Shown here: piece by piece, positions 42,536 through 52,400 of the stretch
Position numbering within the stretch: the first letter of the stretch is position 1
Layout of the letters: every line of letters begins with the position of its first letter
NCBI GenBank assembly: GCA_050952805.1
Contig: JBMNLM010000001.1
Span: 285,741 to 349,740 of the forward strand
Length of the DNA: 64,000 nt
Direction: 5' to 3'
From: Bacilli bacterium
GTDB lineage: Bacteria > Bacillota_I > Bacilli_A > RFN20 > CAG-826
Notes under the pieces: generated by a model
Databases searched by the model: none
Told to the model about the DNA's origin: nothing
The model's input: only the letters and a program-made list of their open reading frames with translations
Position numbers and translations under genes: made by a program

Positions 42536-43078
42536 CTAATTATAAGTAACTTTAAACGATATATTTTGAATTTGCTTAGCAAACTTTGTTGTTTTTGAGG
42601 CCTTTTCTGTATAACTCATTAAAAACAAATGTTCATCGTATTTTGCGGTGCCTTTACTTTTCATCGTGTAAGATTCACCGTTTTCTAAACCTTCTTTAAA
42701 CATTGATGAGTGAATTTCAAAGCCGCCATCATTTAAATAATAATTAACTTTAACGTCACTAGCGGGCTTATAGTATTTTATGTTTGCATTTAGACTATGC
42801 ATGACAAAGGTATAAAGTTGGCTTTTAATTTCTTTATCAGGACTCCAAACTTCAAAGAAATCATCATAGGTAAAACTTATATTAATTTTCGTGTTCATTT
42901 CTCGCCCAAACGCGTCTTTTGTATAAGCTTTTCCTTCGACAATTGCTTTTTCGTATCTTTTTTCTTCCGCCTTATTTACTTCTTGTTGAAATTCGCGATA
43001 CGATACTTCCTTTTTGCAACCGGTAAGAAGGGAAAGCGATAGAACTCCGACAATAATTTTGGAAAATCTCTTTTTCAT
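42536..43078 (-). CDS. Small lipoprotein
   Basis: Lipobox LLTGC; start MKKRF behind GGAGG. Confidence 0.7.
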   Translation of the reverse strand: MKKRFSKIIVGVLSLSLLTGCKKEVSYREFQQEVNKAEEKRYEKAIVEGKAYTKDAFGREMNTKINISFTYDDFFEVWSPDKEIKSQLYTFVMHSLNANIKYYKPASDVKVNYYLNDGGFEIHSSMFKEGLENGESYTMKSKGTAKYDEHLFLMSYTEKASKTTKFAKQIQNISFKVTYN

Positions 43079-43258
43079 TTTTGGCCTCCATCTATAATAC
43101 TTTACCACTATTTAGCAATACTTTCATTAGCCAAAAAAGCCGGCAATTTTAGGATTAAATGATAAAAGAGGCGGAAAATGTAGAATAAACGCTATAAATT
43201 ACATATAAAATCAACGCGACGGTTTTGTCGCGTTGATTTTTTAAGTGTGTTCGTGACC

Positions 43259-43552
43259 TTAAATAAATGTAGTTGCCTTTAAGTTATATTTACTTATTAG
43301 ATTACCAAGTTCCTTTTCATAGCGATCTAACATTCGATTCTCTTTTAGTCCTTTATTATAGGTAACACGCCAGATAATAAGCGGGATTAATCCAGGAATA
43401 ATACATAAACATAAACCAAAAAATGTCCAATATTTTAGATGATGTAATTTCCTTTGCTTTTTAAGAAGGCTTTTTTGAAGGCGCGTTATTTCCTTAACAA
43501 GAAATTTTACACGCGGTCTTTCTTTTTCTGGAAAATGCTCTTCAACACTCAT
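43259..43552 (-). CDS. Small membrane protein
   Basis: One hydrophobic segment (WTFFGLCLCIIPGLIPLIIW); 5 nt downstream of the Sel1 gene. Confidence 0.6.
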   Translation of the reverse strand: MSVEEHFPEKERPRVKFLVKEITRLQKSLLKKQRKLHHLKYWTFFGLCLCIIPGLIPLIIWRVTYNKGLKENRMLDRYEKELGNLISKYNLKATTFI

Positions 43553-43557
43553 TTACT

Positions 43558-44442
43558 TTATTCTTTCTCTAGTTCTCTTACTCTGTTATACCAAAGCTCT
43601 GCTGCTACAGCGTTTTGTGTTACGCCTAGACCATGTTCATAGCAATACCCAACTGCTTGCATCGCAGGAATAAAGCCTTGTTTTGCAGCCTTATCTAGTA
43701 AAATGAACGCTTTTTCATAGTTTTGCTCGACTTTAAAACCATTTAAATAAGCTAGACCTAAAATCGCTCGCGATTCAGCATCGCCAAAGTCAGCAGCTTT
43801 TCTTGTCCAATAAACAAATTGTTCGCCATCTTCTTTTACACCAGTGCCATTTAAATAACATTGCCCAAGAAGGCGCATCGATGGTGCATCACCTTTTTTA
43901 GCGGCTAATGTAAGATATTCAACAGCCTTCTTATAGTCTTGAACGATAATTGTTCCATCATAAAAATGTCTTCCTAGCGCGCGAAGTGCTCCTATTTGAC
44001 CTAGACTTGCCGCTTCAAAATAAAGATTAAAAGCAATTTGATAGTTTTGTTCAACGACTTCACCTTCTTCAAAATAGGTCGCTACAATATACTTAGCATC
44101 AGCATTTCCTAAGTCACTTGCTTTTATAAAATAGTTAATCGCTTCTATATAGTTTTTTTCGCTTTCATAAATTAGACCAAGATTTGCCGCGGCTAAAGCG
44201 TGATCTTTTGCGGCAGCTTTTTTATACCACTCTTTTGCTTTATCTATGTCTTTTGTAACTTTAATCCCGTGATGATAAAAATAACCAAGCATAAATTCAG
44301 CTTCATCGTTTTCGTTATTAGCAGCTTCTTTAATCCACTGATAAGCTTCTTCGACTTTACCTTCTTTTAATAAGAGTTTTGCTAAGGAAACTTGGGCTAA
44401 AACGTCACCGTTTCTTGCTTCATTTAACAATTTTTCTTCCAT
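43558..44442 (-). CDS. Sel1-like repeat (SLR) protein
   Basis: About seven 'A...LG..Y..G.GV..D...A..W...AA..G' repeats; start MEEKL behind GGGG. Confidence 0.92.
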   Translation of the reverse strand: MEEKLLNEARNGDVLAQVSLAKLLLKEGKVEEAYQWIKEAANNENDEAEFMLGYFYHHGIKVTKDIDKAKEWYKKAAAKDHALAAANLGLIYESEKNYIEAINYFIKASDLGNADAKYIVATYFEEGEVVEQNYQIAFNLYFEAASLGQIGALRALGRHFYDGTIIVQDYKKAVEYLTLAAKKGDAPSMRLLGQCYLNGTGVKEDGEQFVYWTRKAADFGDAESRAILGLAYLNGFKVEQNYEKAFILLDKAAKQGFIPAMQAVGYCYEHGLGVTQNAVAAELWYNRVRELEKE

Positions 44443-44662
44443 ATTATTACCCCCATACATTCTTGATTTTTTTAACTTTTGCATCAAATTTTGGCAATAA
44501 GAAATAAATCTAATACCTAAGCCGATATCTTTTGTAAATTTGAGAAAAATCTCCCTAAGAAAACAACTTTAGGGAGATTTTAGATTAATTTCTTAAACAT
44601 TATCATAGTCTTTTTAATTAATTCGAATAATGTTTAGCAAAAACATAAATTAGTTATTAACT

Positions 44663-45094
44663 TTATTGAGCTTGGGGAAGGTTCTTAAATTCTTTGTTAA
44701 GCATCGAAAAGCCGATAAAAATAAGAATTGGAACGAATATTCCAACTGTTGTTAGAATTGCAGGTGTTTTATTATCAAGTTTATAACCATCCATTAGAAC
44801 AAAGATGACATAAACTAGGGCAGCAATTCCTAACGGTGTAGCGATTATAGCGACTATAGTGTAGGCAGTATATAATTCTGCGATCGAAAAGGGAATCATT
44901 AATCCTAAACTTATAACGTAACCTATTATCATTAAAATAAGTGCAGTTTTAAGATTCTTCTTCGCTTTTGCTACATTAATCGTTTCGCTTTCACTTACTA
45001 CTTGCTTTCTTGATCCTTCAACCTCACATCCACATTTTGGGCAAATTACAGCTTCATCGTGAAGCTCATTTCCGCATTTTGAACAATATTTCAT
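44663..45094 (-). CDS. Zinc-ribbon + membrane domain protein
   Basis: KYCSKCG...ICPKCG; membrane domain resembles the trio at 24681-25897. Confidence 0.8.
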   Translation of the reverse strand: MKYCSKCGNELHDEAVICPKCGCEVEGSRKQVVSESETINVAKAKKNLKTALILMIIGYVISLGLMIPFSIAELYTAYTIVAIIATPLGIAALVYVIFVLMDGYKLDNKTPAILTTVGIFVPILIFIGFSMLNKEFKNLPQAQ

Positions 45095-45175
45095 ATTTTC
45101 TCCTTTCATATATAAAATTTATAAATTATTGTTTTTACTCTTAAAGCAACTATTAATAGTTCTATAAATCGACTA

Positions 45176-46288
45176 TTAGGAAAGGGCTCTGTACTCTACT
45201 GCGATTGTTTCTTCGCTTCCTTCTTCTTTATAGTTCCAAAACTCTTGGAACCCAGAGTGGACACTTTCTGATCCACTACTTGAAGCGATGATGAGTTTTG
45301 TAATCCCTGTTTTTCCAAAGGCGTAATTACCGACGAAATCAATTTCGTTTTTGTTTATTTCAAATTCGCCTGTTAAGTTAGTTCTGCCGTAAAAGACTTT
45401 TTCACCTAGTTCTTTTAAAGTTGCTCTACTTGTTGACGCTAAAGTTAGCGAAAAACTTGGGGCAAGGTTACTTGCTTCACTTACACTAAAGGCACCTTCT
45501 TTAATTTTTTTAACACTTGGAATGATAACTTCACTAAGTTTCTTACAATCTTTAAAGGCATTTTCGTCAATTTCATATGCCTTATAGTGTTCAAACTTAG
45601 TTAAACCAGTATTTTCAAATGCACTTTCGTTAATGTATAACTCAACCGTTTCAGGGATATCAATTGTTGTTAAACTCGTACATCCTTTAAACATTTCTTT
45701 CTTAATCCAAAGAACACTGCCACTCATAACATATCTATCAGATATAACGGCTTCTTTTAAATTAATGCAATCTTTAAACGCTCCAATACCAACACTAACG
45801 TGGTATGGAGTTACTAATTTTTCAATTGCACTACAGCCTTCAAAGGCATTAGTGGCAATATGCGTTGAATCATATTGTCCAATCTTTTCATCACTAATAT
45901 AGAGAAGCTTATCTTTAAGCGCTTGCTTGTAGCCAGTAATAGACGTATACCTATCAACATGATTATCTTCCCAAACTAATACTTTTGAGTAATCATACTT
46001 CATTTGGGCACTAAGCGTGATGTCTTCAGTAATTGGTGTATTAAAATCAAATATTTGATGATCTAATACAAAGTTTTCAACGCTCGCATATGAAGGTAAG
46101 ACATCACTTAGATCAGGTTTCTTCATCGTTTTGTTTTTAAATACTTCGATAGGTTTAACTTCAACATGACCTTCCATCACTTCAAATTTAACAGTACATT
46201 TCTCTATCCCTAGTAGAGAACATCCTGTTAACATTGAGCCAACAAAGAAGCTCACAAGCGGAACGAGTAAAAGCTTTCTTTTTTTCAT
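45176..46288 (-). CDS. BspA-like LRR_5 lipoprotein with InlB-B-like repeat
   Basis: Lipobox MLTGC; 'FDFNTPITEDITLSAQ'; LRR_5 repeats. Confidence 0.8.
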   Translation of the reverse strand: MKKRKLLLVPLVSFFVGSMLTGCSLLGIEKCTVKFEVMEGHVEVKPIEVFKNKTMKKPDLSDVLPSYASVENFVLDHQIFDFNTPITEDITLSAQMKYDYSKVLVWEDNHVDRYTSITGYKQALKDKLLYISDEKIGQYDSTHIATNAFEGCSAIEKLVTPYHVSVGIGAFKDCINLKEAVISDRYVMSGSVLWIKKEMFKGCTSLTTIDIPETVELYINESAFENTGLTKFEHYKAYEIDENAFKDCKKLSEVIIPSVKKIKEGAFSVSEASNLAPSFSLTLASTSRATLKELGEKVFYGRTNLTGEFEINKNEIDFVGNYAFGKTGITKLIIASSSGSESVHSGFQEFWNYKEEGSEETIAVEYRALS

Positions 46289-46355
46289 AAATTATTTTCC
46301 TCCTTAATTTGTAAAAAGTGTTGCCTTTCTCTTCACAATTTCATTATATTTTAGA

Positions 46356-46545
46356 AAAACTGATAACTAAACGTAATCAGGAGGGCAGGAAAACAAAAAT
46401 GCATACATGTTGTAAAAAAGGTCGCATTGTAAAGGTGGAAATGCGCTAATGACAACAGAGCGCGTTATGACAAATATTTGAAATGGAGGACAATATAACA
46501 AAAAAATGTCGTTTTGTTAGAGCAAATTTTCAAAACGACATTTTT
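46356..46545 (+). ncRNA. Candidate structured RNA (unassigned)
   Basis: TTGCCT-18-TATATT promoter at 46321-46350, internal hairpins, hairpin with 15-bp stem at 46502-46545; no long ORF. Confidence 0.3.
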
Positions 46546-46598
46546 AAATTTTATTGGAAATAAACACGCCTCCTATTCTAGGATTTGCGGTTCATTTT

Positions 46599-47900
46599 CT
46601 ATTCAGTTGGTGGTTCTTCGTAATTTCCGGGTTCGTTAGACATTAACCAACTATAAGCATCAGGGAATCTTCTACTCCACGAGGCTTCGTTATGGCTGCC
46701 GTTTTCATCAATTAAAGTAAAGATGTTTTCGGCAGGATAACCAGCATTAAAGAGCTCATCAGCGACGGGGTTAACGTAGGTCCAAAGGGATTCGTTTTTA
46801 CCGCTATCTAGGTAAATTCGCGACAAATCCGCTGTTAAATCCAAAGATTCAATAAATTCTTGTCTTGCCGCGGCAGAATTTATTTGGAACGAGGAAGAAA
46901 AGCAACCAAGCATTCCAAATGTGTCTTTATGTTTTAGACCTGCATAAAAACTAATTAAGCCACCCATTGAACTACCAGCGATCATCGTGTGTTCTCTTTC
47001 TGGTTTTGTGTTGTAGTGACTATCAATATAAGGTTTAAGTGTTTCTACAATAAACTTAGCGTACAACCCGCCTTCTGCAGTTGGTTTATCGGATAAGTCT
47101 GGAGTGTACTCTTCCATTCTTCTTGGGCTATTGTCGATACCGACGATGATCGCGACTTGTTTTCCTTGTTCCAGGAACCTTTCCATCGTTTCATCTACTT
47201 GCCACTCTCCTGCAAAACTAGTTACATTATCAAATAAGTTTTGACCGTCATGCATATAGATAACAGGATATGTAACACTTTTATTGTTTGGGTCGTAATT
47301 ACTTGGTGTCCATACTCTTATTGTTCTTTTTCTACCATCACTAAACTCAGGCATATCCATATTTTCAATAATGTCTAGATTACCTACGACTGTAGGTTCG
47401 TTTGGCTTATTATAATCTGCAAAGTTTTTAACAGTATCATTAACTACTGTTACTTTTGGACTATCTTCTTTAATTGTAACGACTCTATTTTCAATTTCGC
47501 TCACGCCATCAGCCTCCTTTTCTACACCTGCCCACATTGTTTCGCTTGTCATAGAAGGTGTTTGGATTGTCCATTTATATTGAATGTTATAGGAACTTCT
47601 TTCGCTTATATCAAAGTCAAGGGTTAAGCGATAGTTAAGATCATCAACTTTACTAGCTTCGTAGCTTAGATCATTTGGTCTCCAAGAGTTAAGGTTAGAA
47701 CCTATTGTTAGACGTTCATTTTCACTTAGGGTATAAGGTAATTTAACGTTTAATTCTAAAACACGGACATTTTCAGGAATTGAAGATTCCGTCGGAATAC
47801 TTGAAGAATCTTCGCCTGGTTTAGAGGAATTGTCTCTAGGTCCACATCCTACTAACATAAGTGCTCCTGTTAACATTAATAAACTAAATTTTTTCTTCAT
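46599..47900 (-). CDS. Lipoprotein alpha/beta-hydrolase (putative esterase family) with CBM20-like N-domain
   Basis: Lipobox LVGC; YMHDGQNLF, GSSMGG nucleophile elbow, HNE..W. Confidence 0.85.
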   Translation of the reverse strand: MKKKFSLLMLTGALMLVGCGPRDNSSKPGEDSSSIPTESSIPENVRVLELNVKLPYTLSENERLTIGSNLNSWRPNDLSYEASKVDDLNYRLTLDFDISERSSYNIQYKWTIQTPSMTSETMWAGVEKEADGVSEIENRVVTIKEDSPKVTVVNDTVKNFADYNKPNEPTVVGNLDIIENMDMPEFSDGRKRTIRVWTPSNYDPNNKSVTYPVIYMHDGQNLFDNVTSFAGEWQVDETMERFLEQGKQVAIIVGIDNSPRRMEEYTPDLSDKPTAEGGLYAKFIVETLKPYIDSHYNTKPEREHTMIAGSSMGGLISFYAGLKHKDTFGMLGCFSSSFQINSAAARQEFIESLDLTADLSRIYLDSGKNESLWTYVNPVADELFNAGYPAENIFTLIDENGSHNEASWSRRFPDAYSWLMSNEPGNYEEPPTE

Positions 47901-47994
47901 ATAATGCTCCTTTCATTTAATTATTTCTTATTACTTACTGCCATATTTATTTTAGCATATTAATAAGTACAAAATTAGATTATAAGGAAGAAAA

Positions 47995-48051
47995 AAAGAC
48001 GTTATCGTGTTTCGTTAAGTGTATAACGAAATAGGAGGCGATAACGTCTTT
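47995..48051. terminator. Long hairpin at island left edge
   Basis: AAAGACGTTATCG...TTTCGTTA/TAACGAAA...CGATAACGTCTTT. Confidence 0.7.
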
Positions 48052-48121
48052 ATTTATAATCAAATTTATATTAAAAAGAAACAAGAAAAGTAGAAATAAC
48101 GTTGCAAAACCTTTGTCTTTT

Positions 48122-49981
48122 TTATTTTTTCTCTATTAAATTAGAAACTATAATTCTTCCAGTTTCTTTTGATGGTTGTTCTAGTAGAGCATCATTCCAA
48201 AGTCTAATAACATTATGATATGTTGTGTATTGCAATTTTTTAATTATTAAGGAAACTCTATAAATTTCAGTACTTGTGACATGTGTTACTCTTCTTTTTG
48301 AAAAATGCTTCTTATCGTAAAGAATAAGGGAACTATTATCACCTTGTTGAGTTACTAATTCCTTGTAATTTCGATAGATATCGGGTGCTCTATCTTTTAA
48401 TAAATTAGGGAACTTATTATAAACATATTTATCGACCATAGAGTAAGCAAAATAAGGCGTTATTGAACGATCTATGGGATTTATAAATAGATGGTTATAA
48501 TAGTCAATATCAACTATACAGCCATGAATATTTCCCGTTCCTCCAATGCGCCTAATTTCTTTAGATATACGTTCTTGAAACTCTAGATAATCTGAAAGAT
48601 AAACTTTAATAGAAATCGAATAATTTAGCATATTATCGTAATAATAATTTAGAGATTTATGTGTTAATGTTCGGCGATTACCACCATCTAAAAGCAGTAA
48701 TTTACCTTTATCATTTTCGATAATAAACATATATACATCATTGCGTTTTAACATATATAACTTCGAATAATCAGTATTGAAAGAAATATATTTCCTCATG
48801 CCATGATAAAATTTTATATATTCGTTTCTTGTTATTTCATGTATGCCGTCATCATAGTTACGAAATGGAACAAAATCACTATTTAACCAAAATTTTTTTA
48901 AGTTAAAGTTTTTGCCCTTGTATCCACTTTGATTATTAGCTAAAACTCTTGTTACAGAATCATCATAAGCGTAATTTTGGTGATTATGACCACTAACATA
49001 AACGATTCGTTCTTTATGTTTATAGTCTTTTCCCGCCCAGTCTTCAAGAGGCATATGAGTTAAAACTATTAAATTTTTATCATAAAGAGCACTCGTCACC
49101 TTTTCATATAAATTAAGAATTTTTTCACTTTCTTGCTTTTCTTGTTCTCTACTTATTACATCTTTATACATGCCAACAGTTGCATTAAACGTTTCGTTAT
49201 TGCCGGCAAAACCAATTCCGCCAAAAATAATTGTTTCTGCTACTCTCATCCTTTGTCTTAATTGTTCGGGTGGTATTCTCTCTAGTTCAGTCTCGGAAAT
49301 CTCCTTCCAACCATTATTTTCATAGTAAAAAAGGTTGTTTTGAACTAGATGTAATCTGCCTTGTCCATATTCTTCTAATATTTTACGATAGGTCGAAACT
49401 ATATATTCAAATGACTGATTAGCAAACGGCCATAATTCATGGTTTCCTAAAGTTATAAAAAAATGCCCAAAATGGTTCATTTTACTTAGTTTCTTTATAA
49501 ATTGCTTGTAGATTTCAAAATCACTACATATATCACCACCGATGAGATTTGCTCGTGTTGTAGCTTGTCCTGCAATCGTACTTGCTATTAAATCAAGAAT
49601 CCGATTGGTATCTTCAAACGTTTTACATTTGTACTCATTAAGTTTGTATAAAAGATGAATATCAGTTATATATGATATCGCATCAGAAAAATCATCTTCG
49701 CTGATTGACTTTATTAAACGACTAATAGCGCTAGTTTCTCCTTTTATTCCTGATTGGTCATTAGAAGGCGTAAATAAAGGTGCTTGCCTTCTACTACCTC
49801 TATTCTTTGGAAGGCTAAGCGAATCGTTATATTTGAATTTATCTTTTTTTACCCCTTTCTTATTTTTACTAGAAGGTTTACTTGCATTTTGACTAATAAC
49901 AAAAATCATCACAATGAAAATGAGTAAAACTATTAGAACTACAATAGGTACAATAATCTCCACATTCATATAATAACTCAC
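48122..49981 (-). CDS. Membrane-anchored calcineurin-like metallophosphoesterase with NERD-gene-derived N-terminus
   Basis: TDIH, GGD, LGNHE, THMP, SGHNH metal motifs; N-terminal TM; first 89 aa align with the ORF starting at 59454. Confidence 0.8.
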   Translation of the reverse strand: MSYYMNVEIIVPIVVLIVLLIFIVMIFVISQNASKPSSKNKKGVKKDKFKYNDSLSLPKNRGSRRQAPLFTPSNDQSGIKGETSAISRLIKSISEDDFSDAISYITDIHLLYKLNEYKCKTFEDTNRILDLIASTIAGQATTRANLIGGDICSDFEIYKQFIKKLSKMNHFGHFFITLGNHELWPFANQSFEYIVSTYRKILEEYGQGRLHLVQNNLFYYENNGWKEISETELERIPPEQLRQRMRVAETIIFGGIGFAGNNETFNATVGMYKDVISREQEKQESEKILNLYEKVTSALYDKNLIVLTHMPLEDWAGKDYKHKERIVYVSGHNHQNYAYDDSVTRVLANNQSGYKGKNFNLKKFWLNSDFVPFRNYDDGIHEITRNEYIKFYHGMRKYISFNTDYSKLYMLKRNDVYMFIIENDKGKLLLLDGGNRRTLTHKSLNYYYDNMLNYSISIKVYLSDYLEFQERISKEIRRIGGTGNIHGCIVDIDYYNHLFINPIDRSITPYFAYSMVDKYVYNKFPNLLKDRAPDIYRNYKELVTQQGDNSSLILYDKKHFSKRRVTHVTSTEIYRVSLIIKKLQYTTYHNVIRLWNDALLEQPSKETGRIIVSNLIEKK

Positions 49982-50375
49982 CTTGCAAATGTTGACAAAA
50001 TGTATCGCATAGTGAAAAAAACTCTAAAAAATATATTTTAAAGATCTATATCAACGCATCACGCACCTAGCCAATTTCATTTGCCCATTGGCTTCGAACA
50101 CATATTATTTAATACCAATTGGTCAGATTTTCAATATAATAAAGCTCGAGTGCAATGGGCGTTTAAATACCAAATTTAATAATGTTTTTATATATATGTA
50201 AACCTAAAAATTTCGTGAGAAAAGACGCAAATTGATGATATTTAACATTTCTCTTAAGTTATGTAAATAAATTTTTACGTGTCCTAGATAAAATTTTAGA
50301 AAATTTTCAATTTGTAATCGTTCCTACACATAAAACAATACAATGAAAAAATTTTAAATAAGATGCAGTAATACT

Positions 50376-52334
50376 TTAATTTACTAATTTACTTTTTAAA
50401 AAGTCACGAAGTTTTTCGTCTTCGCAATAAACAAATGTACCTCTTATTCCTCTTGTAAGTAAAACATAATACGTGTTCTTAATCCAGGTCTCTGCATCTT
50501 GGTCACTTGCAGTTCTTATGCCTGCATAGTCTGTCTTAGCGTGAGCTTCTTTATTGAATACAATCCGACCATTTTCATATGTCATATCTTTTCCAATTAT
50601 CACTCCGCAATAATCTAAATCGATTCCCTGACAAGTGTGAATACAACCTATTTCGTCAATTGATAAAGGATCATCGGCCCAGGAGTAAGCACTTAATCCA
50701 CTTCCGTATCTTAAATTCCATTTTTTTGCAAAATTGTGCTTTTCAATAATCACGTCATTAACTCCATCACGAACACTTGGATCAGACACCCATTCATAGC
50801 AATAACCAGCAACAACCCTGCAATTTCCATTGTAATCGTGAATTGCAAAGGGAAATTTACCGTCATTTACAGCCTGTCTTCTTCGTGACTCTGTATCTAG
50901 TTCTTTTATTTTATTAAACATTTCATTTGGATCATCGAATATCTCAAATTCATAAGAATTATCTTTATTAAATTTGACATCTTCATCAATCAATCCTAAA
51001 AACGACTTAATAAATTGTATGTACTCTGCGCCTCCTTGGACACGATATTGCCCAGTTAACTCAAGTTCACTACCCATTACAACCATTGAACGGCATTCTT
51101 CGGCAATTTCTTTAATTAGTTCAACTGTCGCATAATCATCTTTTGTAACAGCTTGATTATCATCAATAAAGAAAACACTAACTTGAGCAACATTAATTAA
51201 TTCTCTTAGCATATTCGTGCCTTTTTTTAAGCCAACGCCACCTTTCATCTTAAAAATCCGATGGGCCTCGTCAATTAATAGACAAGGTACCTCGTTTTTA
51301 GGACGATTAGCAAATGAAGTTGGGTATTTAAATAAAGATTGTAAACTGGATTTTGAAAACTTCTTATCTTTTGTAAGACCGTTATACAAAACTTTCTTAG
51401 GTGCAGCGTTTACAGTCACATACATTGTAGTTATCCTGTCTTCTTTTCTCTTAGGACTATTTAATAACCCAAGAGCATTAATCGCAATTACTGATTTACC
51501 AGTTCCTGCGCCACCTTTAATAATGATTGTTTTCTTTTGTCCGTAGTAATAAGCTTCTCTTACAGAATCAACAATCGTTTAAAGTGCATTAGATTGACTC
51601 GAGTCAAGAGAATACATTTGATTACCACTTAAGGCATCTCGCATTAATTTTGCAAAGTTATCACTAGGAATTGTTCTTGCTCTATTAATTTCATACAAAA
51701 TTTCATGACAACTTTTACTAACATATTGTTCAACAAACTCTCTTAATCTTCTACCTTCATTTTCAAGAAAAGAAGGTGATTCGCTAATAAATGGGAAAAG
51801 TGATATATCATCCATTAATGGTTTATAACCAATATCGAGATTATGACAAAATGAACATGATTTAATGCCCATTTTTTCGACTTGGACATATTCATTAAAC
51901 GATTGTAATTGCCCACTATAATTATAAGCTTGATATGAGGGGTGAAAATGATCTTCAAAATATCCTTTTGCGACCATTGTATGTAACTTATTAAGTGAAC
52001 CAGTTCTGCTAACTTCTGACCACTGTTTTAATTCAACAATAACCATGTTTTTTTGATTGTTTTTGTCGACTCCATAAATTAAAAAGTCTAGTCTTTCTAG
52101 ACTATGTTTAAGTCGATACTCGACTGCTACATCTACATCATCATCAATTAAGCTGTTTTGTAGTGCTTTAGCAATTTCTGGTAATGAGTTTTGCCAAGAT
52201 GTTTCCCAATTTGGCATAACATGTGTATAGCCAGCATTAAGCATCCCAAATTTAACTTTATTTGCGATGTCTTTAGATAATAAACAATCATGTATAAATG
52301 TTTTTAGAGTTTCTTGATAAATAATTTGTTGCAT
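50376..52334 (-). pseudogene. DUF2075 (Schlafen group 3-like) nuclease-helicase with one in-frame TAA at 51579-51581
   Basis: 1959 bp, one frame. N-terminal 'EY...RLDF...IVELKQW' nuclease motif; Walker A GGAGTGKS just after the stop; LIDEAHR, QYRVQGG, IGCIHTCQGIDLDY, VLLTRG. Confidence 0.85.
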
Positions 52335-52400
52335 GTTTTTTCCTTAAACTGTATATAGAACATTCATTTAGAATAAAAGTAAGTTGATTTCATTTTTTTA

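Noticed and set aside
46425-46480. T-box antiterminator-like AAGGTGGAAATGCG
   Set aside because: Helix A1 pairing is poor, no specifier stem is recognisable, and there is no downstream + strand gene to regulate.
50042-50182. Open + strand stretch inside the island's intergenic gap
   Set aside because: Bounded by TAA codons, with no start codon preceded by an RBS and no recognisable motif.
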